From a bacterium (GTDB lineage Bacteria; Verrucomicrobiota; Kiritimatiellia; RFP12; UBA1067): DNA of 64,000 bases. Within the stretch, counting starts at the first letter, position 1. The number at the start of each line of letters is the position of its first letter. Made by a program: the position numbers and the translations under genes. The DNA lies in assembly GCA_037133395.1 (NCBI GenBank), contig JBAXOG010000002.1:26180-90179 (forward strand), read 5' to 3'. Below the pieces are notes generated by a model. It did not search any database, was not told the origin of the DNA, and was given only the letters and a program-made list of their open reading frames with translations. Shown here one piece after another: positions 27,085-37,800 of the stretch.

Positions 27085-28176
27085 TTGACGGAAGATTGGA
27101 AAGACTGGGTGATGCGGATTGAAGACGAAACCCGAGGAGATATAGATGGACGCCTCGTAAACCTGAGAGGCGAGATCCTCCAGATTGGCAATGCTTACAA
27201 CAATCAGCGTGAACTTATTTTTCGCTATGCCAAGGATAACCACATTGCAACCCTCCCGATTCAACACCCTGACAGCTGGTTTCTTTCAAACATCCCGCAC
27301 GGTCAACCCGTTGAACTCACGGGGATCATCATTCTGACGCAAGCCCCCCGGAAAGGAGAATACCGTACGCCCTTCCCCAATGACTTTCGCCTGCTTTTGA
27401 GAAACGAGGACGATATCCGCTTGTTGCCAGGCGGACCCTGGCTGACCCCAGGCCGAAGGGCAGGACTGCAAAGCGCAGGCATCCTCCTGATTTTCTTGCT
27501 CGCCGCCACAATCACCGTGATGCGCTATCGGATTGTCCGGCAACGGCAACAGCGGCGAGAGGCCGATCTCTTGCAGGAGGAGCGTAAGCGGATTGCCGCG
27601 GATCTGCATGATTCCCTCGAACAGGATATCACGGCCTCCGACATGCAGATGCGAACCGCCCTGATGGCGTTAAAAGCCGTTCCTGAAGAGGCGGCCGACT
27701 GCATTCACTCCGCGCTCTATACGATTGCGGCAGCACGAATCGATTTGCGCAACTCCCTTTGGAATCTCCAGTCGAACGCGGGAGTCCAAAAATCCTTTAC
27801 CGATGCGATGGCCGAGATTTCAAAACGGTTTGACCGCCCTGGCAAACTGAAGGTAGTCTGCACCCTAGACCCCGCAGCGGCCTATCTTCACGAATATCAA
27901 TCCGTCCACTTGCTAGCCATTATCAGCGAGGCGATCACGAATGCTGTCAAACATGGAAACGCCTCGCACATCACGATTGCCACGATACCAACCGGTATCA
28001 CCATCACGGACAACGGAAGCGGGTTTGATCCACAACAGCTTGCCGCCGCTTCGGACGCTGGACACTTTGGCATCATCAACATGCAAGAGCGTGCTGCGAA
28101 AATCAATGCCACTGTTCATATTGTAAGCACACGAGGTCAAGGAACCACGGTATCCATTCGCTTTGCAAACGAATAA
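27085..28176 (+). CDS. NarX/UhpB-type (HisKA_3) sensor histidine kinase, possibly 5'-truncated
   Basis: ERKRIAADLHDSLEQ H-box; EAITNAVKHG; ITDNGSGFD; GHFGIINMQERA; single TM. No signal peptide or clear RBS; in-frame TAG at 27031. Confidence 0.8.
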   Translation: MTEDWKDWVMRIEDETRGDIDGRLVNLRGEILQIGNAYNNQRELIFRYAKDNHIATLPIQHPDSWFLSNIPHGQPVELTGIIILTQAPRKGEYRTPFPNDFRLLLRNEDDIRLLPGGPWLTPGRRAGLQSAGILLIFLLAATITVMRYRIVRQRQQRREADLLQEERKRIAADLHDSLEQDITASDMQMRTALMALKAVPEEAADCIHSALYTIAAARIDLRNSLWNLQSNAGVQKSFTDAMAEISKRFDRPGKLKVVCTLDPAAAYLHEYQSVHLLAIISEAITNAVKHGNASHITIATIPTGITITDNGSGFDPQQLAAASDAGHFGIINMQERAAKINATVHIVSTRGQGTTVSIRFANE

Positions 28177-28197
28177 ACAATACAAAAACTTAATCTT

Positions 28198-28815
28198 ATG
28201 ATCACGCTTCTTATTGTTGACGATCACGCACTTGTCCGAGCTGGACTAAAGGCCTTCTTGCGTTACACACCCGATATGAAGGTGACGCTCGAAGCCGACT
28301 CCGGACTCAAGGCACTTGAACTCTATACAGCTCATAAACCCGATATTGTTCTGCTCGATATCAGAATGAAGGAACCCGACGGCATCGATACCCTTCGGCT
28401 GATTCTCAAGGAAGATCCAGAAGCCAAGGTTATTATGCTGACCACATCCAACACGGAAGAGGATATCTATCAGTCTCTTCAGTCAGGCGCCAAGGGTTAC
28501 ATTATGAAGGACGCATTATCCGATATGATCACGGATGCCATCCGCACGGTCCATGCGGGGGGAACGGTCTTCCCCGAGGATATCCTGAGTCAATTCAAGA
28601 CCCGAGCCGTACAGCACACGCTATCGCGCCGCCAACTCGATGTGCTGGGCCTGATGGCCAAGGGCTTTTCCAACCGCGAGATTGCCCGGCTCACTCAGCT
28701 CAGCGAAAGTACAGTCCTCTCCTACAACACGATCATCTTTGAGAAACTCGGCGTTTCAGGCCGCACCGAAGCTGTCGCCGCCGCCCTTCAGCGCGGCATC
28801 ATCAAGCCGACATAA
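28198..28815 (+). CDS. NarL/LuxR-family response regulator
   Basis: LLIVDDH, LLDIRM, GAKGYIMKD, LSRRQLDVL..GFSNREIA HTH. Confidence 0.95.
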   Translation: MITLLIVDDHALVRAGLKAFLRYTPDMKVTLEADSGLKALELYTAHKPDIVLLDIRMKEPDGIDTLRLILKEDPEAKVIMLTTSNTEEDIYQSLQSGAKGYIMKDALSDMITDAIRTVHAGGTVFPEDILSQFKTRAVQHTLSRRQLDVLGLMAKGFSNREIARLTQLSESTVLSYNTIIFEKLGVSGRTEAVAAALQRGIIKPT

Positions 28816-28825
28816 GAATATTCCA

Positions 28826-28990
28826 CTACCTTCGCATGGTCATGGAGAAGACATACTGGTCGTAGCGATAGACGCCCCGGACAAATTCAATCGGTTGCGA
28901 GGAGCTGCGCTGATAGGTCAGGCGCTCAATGATCAGGACGGTCTCATCAACAGGGACATTCAGCATCTTCGCCTCATCGGCTGTTGCCTT
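28826..28990 (-). pseudogene. Orphan 3' fragment (54 codons + stop) of a GntR/UTRA regulator
   Basis: Aligns without gaps to 41105-41269: 22 mismatches in 165 nt, only 2 amino-acid changes. Confidence 0.92.
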
Positions 28991-30359
28991 CTGGCTGGAT
29001 CATCACGCCTTGTTCCTTGGCGAGGCTGATGGTAATCTTTCCATCCTTCACCTCGACCTCGCTGAGTTTCTTCAAGCCTTCTGGACAGATCTCCGAGACG
29101 ACCGCTTTTTTTACGTTTTCCCATCCGGGAGGAAGCGTCCAGGTCTTGGATTCATACCCCTTGAAACTGTAGGCGACGAGCGTCTTCTCGCACCAGAGCG
29201 CCGGGTAGCACAGGTCATCGCCAGCACGGAGAGGCTGCGAACCCTTCAGCGCGGTTGTATTATTGTCATAATACCAGGGCACCACTCTGTTGCAGAACTG
29301 GGAGACCAGTCCGGGAAGTTTTACGGGATCTTTAACAATCTCCGGCTCGGCGCGCATCGGCGTCCCGCAGTAGAGGCTGGGCGGGATACCCTCCGCTGGC
29401 GCATGATAATCCCACGCCATCGGCTGTAACCCAACAAAAGAATCCACGCGCAGAAACGTACTACCCTCGCTTGTCACGTCAATTCCGTGATCTTTAAAGT
29501 AGCGGTAAATTTTCCGCTGGGCTTCGACCTCCTTCTCCACAGGGATCTTCAGATAGGGGCTGATACTTTTGTTGGCCTTGTCAAGTGTATTGGAGGGATC
29601 TGGAGCGACGCAATGGGGACGCGGCGAGAGTGTGTGGAAAGCGTCGATATGGATGGTTCCTGCCTTCTGGATCGGAAGCATGGCCAGAAGCCCATTGATT
29701 CGCTTTTGAGCCAACCCTGCATCCCACTCCTTTGCATAGCTGATGTAATAGGACTGCGTATCGATACGCGGGGCTTGACCCTTCGGACCCTGGACTTCGC
29801 CCTTGATGAGTACGCCGTTGCTGTCCTTGGCGATAATGTCGTTCGTGAGGTAACTCTCCCACAACGGGCTGTCCGCATACGCGTCGAACATGTTGATGTG
29901 CAGGCTCACGGTCGTGTGATATTTAAACCCTTCGGCCATCAGCCATTTCAGGCTATCAACCGCCGTGGCATCCTGCGGCCTTTTCAATCTCGGATTGACC
30001 ACCGACCAATCCGGGTATTTTGAGTCGTGCCCGTTGTGCTGCCAGCCGACCAGATAGACGATCTTGGGAATTCCGAGGGTGATGGTGTCCAGCCGCTTGA
30101 TAACCTCCAGTGCCTGTTCGACTGTCAGAAAAACTTTACACCCCTCGTTGGCCTGCTTTTCCGCGAGAAATATCTTCATCACGAGGGTCTGGTGATAGGG
30201 CTGTACCCAAGGCCGTTCAGGCTGTCTGGTTTTAGTCCAGTCATAATACTCGCCGGAAAAATCAGCCTCCTTTTGTTCCGGCAGGGTGGCCCGTCCGAAG
30301 GCCACCATGATTACACTCGATACCATAGCAATGATTGCAGACCCAGTTTTTCTGTTCAT
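28974..30359 (-). CDS. Endo-alpha-N-acetylgalactosaminidase-like (GH101-related) glycoside hydrolase
   Basis: Signal peptide; KIVYLVGWQHNGHDSKYP, VSLHINMFDAY, TIHIDAF, GIDVTSE. Confidence 0.65.
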   Translation of the reverse strand: MNRKTGSAIIAMVSSVIMVAFGRATLPEQKEADFSGEYYDWTKTRQPERPWVQPYHQTLVMKIFLAEKQANEGCKVFLTVEQALEVIKRLDTITLGIPKIVYLVGWQHNGHDSKYPDWSVVNPRLKRPQDATAVDSLKWLMAEGFKYHTTVSLHINMFDAYADSPLWESYLTNDIIAKDSNGVLIKGEVQGPKGQAPRIDTQSYYISYAKEWDAGLAQKRINGLLAMLPIQKAGTIHIDAFHTLSPRPHCVAPDPSNTLDKANKSISPYLKIPVEKEVEAQRKIYRYFKDHGIDVTSEGSTFLRVDSFVGLQPMAWDYHAPAEGIPPSLYCGTPMRAEPEIVKDPVKLPGLVSQFCNRVVPWYYDNNTTALKGSQPLRAGDDLCYPALWCEKTLVAYSFKGYESKTWTLPPGWENVKKAVVSEICPEGLKKLSEVEVKDGKITISLAKEQGVMIQPEGNSR

Positions 30360-30442
30360 TTGTTTTTTCTCACTTTTAGTGCGTTCCCTGATTCATACGT
30401 AACGTTTCAATCGATCTCTTACTGAAACGAAAACATGTTGCG

Positions 30443-33400
30443 CTACTTTGACAATCTAATCAGGAGGACCTCATGGGGCTTCACCTCACGGACATATTCC
30501 CTGTCAAAGCGTCCCAGATCCTTGCGCAACCACAGGTCTCGGACATTCCGTTGTCCCTCGATTCCCAGGCAGCTCCAGCGCATCGTGATTGTTTGAGGTT
30601 TGTCGCCCCGATTAAACAAGCCTGCACCAACATCGCCATTCGCCAGGGGCTTCTGCCAAACCTCCATGTCGCCGAACTTATAGGCGCGCCATGCCGGGAT
30701 TCCCAACGGATCCTGGTCTAGGGCAATCGCCTCGGGATTCGTCAGCGTCTCGCGGGTCACCTGATCCATTTCAGCCAGATCGCAGCCGGCAATCAGTGGT
30801 GCACTCAGCAGACACCACAGTGACATCTGCGAGCGATACTCCGTGTCTGTACAACCCGGTCCTTTGGGATCCCCTTTTGCCTTCTTTCCACTTTGCCAAC
30901 TGTTTCCATACAGCCCTGCGAACAGCTGGTCCAAGTCGTTCCAACCGCCGGGACCAGCAAACGCTCCCAGGCACTCATTCTGGTCGACGATGCGCACAAT
31001 TCCGTTGCCAAAATTGCTGTCCACGTCCGTATCCCAGCGATCGATCAAATCGAAGGTCGTCCGCCACATGTGGCCGCCTGACTTCCTGGCCCATGACCAT
31101 GGACGACACTTGCCCCATTCACAGATGTTATAGAGCGTTGGACGATACACAGCCAGAGCCTTGGAAAACTCCGAGTAGAGCGAATGCGCCGGGGCGGGAT
31201 TTGGGTCGTCGTTCCAGTCCACCTTGAGATAATCCACTCCCCATTCCGCAAAGCGTTTCGCGTCCTGCTCATAGTGCCCGTAGCTGCCAGGGAAGCGCCC
31301 GCAGGTGAGCGATTTGGCATCGGTATACATACCGAATTTCAAGCCTTTGTAATGCACATAATCGGCCAGCGCTTTCATACCTTGCGGAAACTTGTTCGGG
31401 TCCGGCTGGAGATTGCCGTCCTTATCCCGGCTGCGCATCGCCCACCAATCGTCGATGATGACGTATTGGTAACCCGCGTCTTTCATTCCAGAGTTCACCA
31501 TGGCGTCGGCGTTACGCCTGACGACGGCCTCATTCACTCCAGTGCTAAAACCGCACCAGCTGTTCCAGCCCATGGGGGGTGTCTTTGCCAGACCCTGGTT
31601 GTCGCCGAAGCGCTTCGGATCAGGGAGTGGAATGGCAACGGACCACAACTGCGCGCCAGCCCAAGCCGCCAGTGTATTGCCATCGCCGGTCACGAGGAGC
31701 TTCATTTCACGAACGCCTGCCAATGGCACGCGGCAGCCGATGGGGCGATGAGGATTCAAGCCCGCGGCCCCGTGATGAATGTTGCCAGTGTCATAAGCGA
31801 GTTGCCCATCGGTGAAGACTTGGAATCGGACGGCGCCCGCCCGGCCGTGAAGGTCAAGTCCCACCCACGCTTGGAACCACTGGTACCGATTCTCCAGCGC
31901 GTAAGTCAGTTCCGTATCCTGGGTGACTCCTAGACCGCTGGCGTACTCCATGCCGCCGATGTTGATCGTCTTGCCCGACAGATTGATGCTGCCTTTCGCC
32001 ACGACCGGCTTGAGTTCTGACAACCAGATCGAATCCCGCGTGTCCACAATAGGTTTATCTCCCAGCAACTTCGCCAGCGTAGGTTCGACTGCCTGCACCC
32101 AAGCTTCGGCGCCGGCGGCGTTTGGATGAATCAAATCCGGAATCAGATCGGCGTTGATCGTGCCCTCCGAACGGAGGAACACACGCCCCACGTCGAGCCA
32201 GAAGACATGTTTGTTGTCGGCGAGTTGGGCGGTCTGTTCGCCGCCTCGGCGCAGATATTCCCGCGCTTTGTCCGACCGGTTGTAGATGCGTCCCTGATGT
32301 CCGGCATTGACATGATCGTTGCGACCGCCCGCAGGGAACGTGCGCAGAATGAGAATCTTGCTGGCCGGATGACGCTGGCGAATCAGGTCCACGATGGCCT
32401 TGGTGCCGGTGAAGACCTGTTCACCGGTATGGATGGTCTTGTAATACTGGTCGTCGGTGTTGTTAGTGCCGATCAGCAACATGAACACCTTGGGCGACCG
32501 TTTGAAATCCAGTTCACCATTGAGCAGATTCCAGAGAATATTCTCCGTCCGGAAGCCACTGTAGCCGAGGTTTAGTGCATGACGCGGCGCAAAATGTCTG
32601 TCCCACACTGTGCGGAGCGATGCCAACTCACCACCCATTTCCCCCAGCGAATGCGTAATCGAATCGCCAACCAGCACGAGGTCATAGTCGCCGGACTTCA
32701 CTGCAGCAACCTTCTGCTCATGCCTGGCGACCGCGCCCGGATCCGTGTTTCTTGTCGGAAAATCGGAGTCCCCCGGTTGCTGGCCCGGTTGGGCGGCAAC
32801 CGTCAGTGCGGTCGCCGGTTTCGGGAGCACGACTTCGATGGTTTCACCTGGGCTGATGAGCTTATCCTGCAGGATTTTATCCTGCTGTAAAATCTGGACG
32901 TGGAGTTTCTGCCCGGCCCGCGTCACCACGATGTCGACGTCATTGCCGAACGCTTGGATATGGCGGAGCGCCATCGAGGGCCAACTGTCCGGGAGCCGGG
33001 GCGTGCAGCGGAAACGATCAAGTCCAGTGGGCAGGATACCGAACATCCCCTCGGTGAAAATCCGGCAATAGAGGCCGCTCTCGGAGGCGAGGTGCCCCTG
33101 CCCGCCTTCAGGATAAGCCTCAACAGCATAAGGGACATGCTCGCCCAGCAGGCGCCGGCGGGAGTATTGGCCGAGGAAGGCGAGCGCCTTTGCCGTCTCA
33201 CCCGCCTGGAACACAGCCCGCAGGGCGTAGAGCGTCGAGCGATCCCAGAAGACCTTGTCGCCCGCCTGCGACGCCAAGCCGTCGGCAGTCCACATCCTGG
33301 GAGAGAACAGGGCGTCGATGGTGCCCTGCTTGCGCTCGAAAAGCCCCATCGAGAGCGGCATGCAGATCCAGGAACGCAGGACCGCGTTGCCGTCGTAGTA

Positions 33401-34828
33401 CCGATAGGTGTCGAACCCTCCGACTGTGGCGCCGAAATGCGCCTCGATGGCTTTCTCCAGAGCCTGCGCGCGTTGGCCGTATTCAGCCGCCTCCGTGTCT
33501 TTGCCCAACGCACGGCCGAGATCAGCAGCCGACCGGAGTCCGCCGTAGGCCAGGCTGGCCGTGGTCAGGTTGGCCGTGCCTGCGGGCAGGCGACCTTCGA
33601 GTTCATCCGTGTCGGAGGCAATCACACCATCGGTCGTTTGTTTCCGTTTACAATATTCCAACGACCACGCGATGCCTTTCCAAAGTTCCTTGGCAACCGC
33701 CTCATCGCCCAAGGCCAGGCAGAAGCGTGAAGCCCCGTAGGCATACATGGCGGCATCGCCCCGGTCGAACGGTCCCCAGATGTCGGTCCCCTCCGCAACG
33801 ATTGAACACGGGATACGCTGGTAGTCGGACTTCATGAACGACAGGTATTGGCGGTAGGCATTGAGCGATGCCGCGTTGCCGCCCGCCTCACCCAGAAACG
33901 GGAAGAACGGCCCGGCGTATTCCACGTTGTCGTTGCACCACGTCGCGGCGTAATAGCGCAGATTGCCGGGCGCCAGCATCATGCCCCCTCGGGTGTCGTT
34001 GATCGCTTCGGCCACCCGCCACTTGGCAAAGGCGAAGGCGCGGTTCAGCAGGAGGTCCGGTGTTTCAAGACACAAGGTTTCATTGAGCCGGGCAATGAAG
34101 GCGCGGCGCTGCTTTTCCTCAGACGCGCCGTCGAGCGCCTCGGGCGGCGCATCGGCGAGACGCGCGGAAAAAAGAACGGAGAACGACAGGACGTTGCCGG
34201 CGGCAAGGCTTGTGCTGACGGGCGCGTCGGTAGAGACCGACAGGACATTCGTCCCGTAAGGGCCTGTTTTCTCGAACGCCAACGCGAGCGGCGCGACACC
34301 CACCACAACCGCCTTTTCACCCGTGTTCTTCAGCGTCCACCGGTCAACTGCTGCATACTTCTCAAACGCGGGGAAGGTCACGCGCGTAATTGCCAGAGGC
34401 CCTGCCTGTCCGACAAACGTCAGCGTCCCGTCGAGCCGGACTTCCGAAATCCTGAAAGGTCCAGCAGGCCGTGCGTCAACCGTGATGTGCGGCTCAGCCT
34501 CGGTCGCAAAGTGCCGGATCAGGCTGCCGTGTGTGTCGTTGGGGAAAATCCGCAAGGACGGCCAGACCACATCCCGCTCAAGTTTCAGCACGCCGGCCGC
34601 ATCGAGCGAATACCAGACCTTCTGCCCGACCCTGCGTCCGCCCTGCTCGATAAAATCCTTGTGCGGGAGTTTCGTACCCTCGACCTTCCAGACCGTGGCG
34701 ACACCTTCGCCAAAGGTCCATCGGTCAGCCCGAGACAGAGAATTGCTTTCGACAGCACAGAGTACGCCAGCCGTCAAAACGCAGGCGCCCATGATGGTGG
34801 TCATGCGAGCTTTGAGTGAATGCTTCAT
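30443..34828 (-). CDS. Multi-catalytic fusion: six-hairpin glycosidase + SGNH/GDSL esterase + NPCBM + GH27 alpha-galactosidase
   Basis: YYAATWCND/DTDELEGR (six-hairpin); VGDSITH, GTNN, DLIHP (SGNH); FQAWVGLD..VRFQV (NPCBM); TPPMGWNSW, IIDDWW, DYLKVDW, WNDLDQL (GH27). Confidence 0.85.
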   Translation of the reverse strand: MKHSLKARMTTIMGACVLTAGVLCAVESNSLSRADRWTFGEGVATVWKVEGTKLPHKDFIEQGGRRVGQKVWYSLDAAGVLKLERDVVWPSLRIFPNDTHGSLIRHFATEAEPHITVDARPAGPFRISEVRLDGTLTFVGQAGPLAITRVTFPAFEKYAAVDRWTLKNTGEKAVVVGVAPLALAFEKTGPYGTNVLSVSTDAPVSTSLAAGNVLSFSVLFSARLADAPPEALDGASEEKQRRAFIARLNETLCLETPDLLLNRAFAFAKWRVAEAINDTRGGMMLAPGNLRYYAATWCNDNVEYAGPFFPFLGEAGGNAASLNAYRQYLSFMKSDYQRIPCSIVAEGTDIWGPFDRGDAAMYAYGASRFCLALGDEAVAKELWKGIAWSLEYCKRKQTTDGVIASDTDELEGRLPAGTANLTTASLAYGGLRSAADLGRALGKDTEAAEYGQRAQALEKAIEAHFGATVGGFDTYRYYDGNAVLRSWICMPLSMGLFERKQGTIDALFSPRMWTADGLASQAGDKVFWDRSTLYALRAVFQAGETAKALAFLGQYSRRRLLGEHVPYAVEAYPEGGQGHLASESGLYCRIFTEGMFGILPTGLDRFRCTPRLPDSWPSMALRHIQAFGNDVDIVVTRAGQKLHVQILQQDKILQDKLISPGETIEVVLPKPATALTVAAQPGQQPGDSDFPTRNTDPGAVARHEQKVAAVKSGDYDLVLVGDSITHSLGEMGGELASLRTVWDRHFAPRHALNLGYSGFRTENILWNLLNGELDFKRSPKVFMLLIGTNNTDDQYYKTIHTGEQVFTGTKAIVDLIRQRHPASKILILRTFPAGGRNDHVNAGHQGRIYNRSDKAREYLRRGGEQTAQLADNKHVFWLDVGRVFLRSEGTINADLIPDLIHPNAAGAEAWVQAVEPTLAKLLGDKPIVDTRDSIWLSELKPVVAKGSINLSGKTINIGGMEYASGLGVTQDTELTYALENRYQWFQAWVGLDLHGRAGAVRFQVFTDGQLAYDTGNIHHGAAGLNPHRPIGCRVPLAGVREMKLLVTGDGNTLAAWAGAQLWSVAIPLPDPKRFGDNQGLAKTPPMGWNSWCGFSTGVNEAVVRRNADAMVNSGMKDAGYQYVIIDDWWAMRSRDKDGNLQPDPNKFPQGMKALADYVHYKGLKFGMYTDAKSLTCGRFPGSYGHYEQDAKRFAEWGVDYLKVDWNDDPNPAPAHSLYSEFSKALAVYRPTLYNICEWGKCRPWSWARKSGGHMWRTTFDLIDRWDTDVDSNFGNGIVRIVDQNECLGAFAGPGGWNDLDQLFAGLYGNSWQSGKKAKGDPKGPGCTDTEYRSQMSLWCLLSAPLIAGCDLAEMDQVTRETLTNPEAIALDQDPLGIPAWRAYKFGDMEVWQKPLANGDVGAGLFNRGDKPQTITMRWSCLGIEGQRNVRDLWLRKDLGRFDREYVREVKPHEVLLIRLSK

Positions 34829-34843
34829 AAAATTAAATTAAGA

Positions 34844-34871
34844 GTCCGCGCCCCTCCCTGGAGGCGCGGAC
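34844..34871 (-). terminator. Intergenic hairpin (terminator-like or REP-derived) between the surface protein and the GH fusion
   Basis: gtccgcgcc/ggcgcggac 9-bp stem followed on the minus strand by a T-rich tract. Confidence 0.5.
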
Positions 34872-34884
34872 CTTGCGTGTGACG

Positions 34885-37800
34885 TCAGAAGAACTTGATC
34901 ATCGTGCCCTGCGCCTTACGCAGCACAAGCGCATTGGGCTGCAATTCAAGATAATATTTGCCCGGCGCGTCCCCGAGGCGCGTCCACCCGGCCAGGTCCG
35001 ACGCTGTCGCCGAACAGGAGGCGAACGTGCACAGGGTGATGATCTTCGGCTGTACCGCGCCCGGCTGGAACGTGAGTTGAACCGTGGCCGCCGTCGGCAG
35101 CGACAGCGCGCCCGTGACAGCGACCAGGCTTTGCGTGACGGCGTTGCCGGTGCAGGCCAGCGTCGCTCCTGGCGCAAGCGTGAGCGCGGCAACCTTCAGT
35201 GTGCCCGGCGCCGACGGTACGCCACCGCAGATGACACCCTGTGCAGCGACCGACACAAGGCCCGTGACAACGCCCGTGCCGCCCAGCATCCCCGCGCTAA
35301 CGGTCGTATTGTTGGTGTAGAGGTTGACCCCGTTCAGGGCCATGAACCCCGTGCCGGTCTTGATAAGTTCTCTGGAACCGCTGAAAAAACCGCTGACCAG
35401 CAGGTCGATGCCGTTGGTCGCCCCAGGAGCCACGTTGAAAGTCACACCGCCTGCTTTCAAGAGAGCGACATACGGCGCGGAGATCACCGACGTGTTTACC
35501 CCTCCTGTGACCGCGACATTCTGGGCAAAACTCCAACTGCCGTTGACAGCATCGAGATAACCCGAGGCGCTGAGCGTCCCGCCGGCCAAGGTCAAGGGGC
35601 CGCATAAACCTGAGCAGACGCTGGCGGTGATGGCCATCACGCCGCCGGCATTGATCGTCACCGCCACATTGTTGCCTCCCATCAGGCTGTTGATGCGGTT
35701 CTCCTCGACACGTCCGCCGTTGTTGACCACCAGAGACGAACCGCTGGCAAGCCTGCTGGCGTAATTGCCAGTCGCAGGATTCAAGACGCCACCATTGACG
35801 ACGTACGTCCCCGTGTACGTATGCGTCCCGTTCAAGATGAGCGTTCCGGGACCGGTCTTGGTGATCGAGCCACCAGCCCCGCTGACGCCGTAGCTTGCCG
35901 TCTGGCTGCCGTAGAGGTTGTAGACCAGTGCGGCGTTGTTGGTGATGCCGCTGGCGAGGGAGCCGTCATGGCCTGTGGTCCCGTCTCCCAACTGCACGGT
36001 CCCGGTGGAGATTGTCATGCCGCCGCTGTGCGTGTTCGCGCCGGTGAGCGTCAGTTTGCCCGCGCCTGTCTTGTTGAGTGGCGAGCTTCCTGCGACCACC
36101 GCGCTGATGGTCACGCTCTTGTCCGCACCCAGCGCACCGACATCGATGGTGGCGCTGCCGCTGTAGACGCCAAGTGTGAGGACATTGGTCGAAAAACCAT
36201 TGTTATCCAGTGTCCAGCCCGCCGCCGTGCCAACGGCATCTGTGTCATTGAAGCGCAAATGCCCGACGGTCCTGGGCGAATCCAGATGGACACTCGTGTC
36301 CGTCGTGATATCCAGCGTCGAGAAATCGTTGGTGCTGCCGATCCCATACCCGATGGCATTGTTCTGCCAATTAGCGGCCGTGCTCCAGTTGCCGCTTGCG
36401 AGTGAGGTCCAAACAGCAGCCGCTACGATGTCCGCTTTCAGGCCGGCAGGCTGCGTCAGGGAATAGTTGGGGTTGTCGAGGGTTGAGGTGGAGGTCACGT
36501 CCTTGCCGGTGCCGGGCATTGCGTCAGCGAATTGAGCGGACAGGGTCAGCGTCACCGTGTCACCGCTGAGCACTCCCGAAGAGAGCGTGCCGGTAAGAGG
36601 GGCAATCGCGGTGCCGTCATAGAATTTGTTACTCGTCGCAGCTCCGTTGATGGTCAGCGCAATCCGGACTACCGTTTGGGTGCTCAAGGCAGCCGAAACG
36701 CTGTCTGCAAAATTGTTGTCGCCGGCATACACCGCGACGATGTTGGCGTGGCTGCCGGCCGTGAGTGCGTTCAGCGCCGGCGTGATGGTGCAGATGCCGT
36801 TCTCACCGGTGACCAGTGTATGGCTGCCCAGAACCGTGCCTGCAGCGCCGCCGTCTTTCAAGAAGAAGACAAGACCCGTGGGCACCGTGGGCGAGTTCGG
36901 CGTGACCGCGATGTCAAAGGAGAGGGAGTCGCCATAGGTCGTGTTCTCCGCAGTGCCGAGATGACGCGTCACCGCAACTGTGGAGGGAATCGCCGCAGCC
37001 GCGACGATCAGGTTGACCTGACCGCCGCTGACCTCGATTCTTGCCGTCCCTCCACTGACCACGCCCGAATTGTTAAGGAGGAGATTCGTGGTGGCGCCAC
37101 GCATCGGCGTGCCCGCGATGCTGCCGCTGGTCTGCGAGATGAGCCGATACGTCCCGGCGCCCAGCCGCGCGATGCTCAGGATGTTCACGGTGATGACGCC
37201 ATTCAGCGTCAAGGAACCCTGCGAAACCGTCAGCGCCGGGCTGGCCGTGTCACCGGAATACGTCGCCGGGGTGAAATCCAGAGTGACCGCCTGCGAGCCG
37301 AGACTGACGGTCGTGCCGCCTTTGAGCACGGCAGGGGCTGCGGCGGTGCCGCTGGCGCGCAGGATGGTGTTGGTGCTCAGAGTATAGGTGCTGAAAGCCG
37401 AGACATCATTGGTCGCCCCTGCGGCAATGGCAATGCGGGCCGAGTTGCTGATCGAACCGCTGCTGGCGATGGTGAGCGTGCCATTGCTGATGACCGTGGC
37501 CCCGTTATAGGTGCTGGTGCCTGAGAGCGTCAGCGTGCCTCCGCCGAGCTTGGTCAGCCCACCGTCGGTGCCGGGGCCCGCGTGTTCCAACACCTGGCTG
37601 ATCCCAATGTTTTTTCCGTTGGAGTCGAGGACCGCCCCGTTGGTGCTGACGTAGGCGTGGGTCAGTCTGGACATGAAGTTCGCCTGGGTATTACCAGCTT
37701 TAAGGGTACCGCCGTTAAACGTCAAATTATTTGTACCGTAAGTATTATTTGTCACGATCCCACCGACGGTCAAGGTTCCTCCACTGCCGAGGTTATAGGC

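Noticed and set aside
28826-28990. Simple recent tandem duplication or collapsed assembly repeat
   Set aside because: The 22 differences are almost all synonymous, which fits neither an exact assembly repeat nor neutral decay; a chimeric join cannot be excluded without reads.
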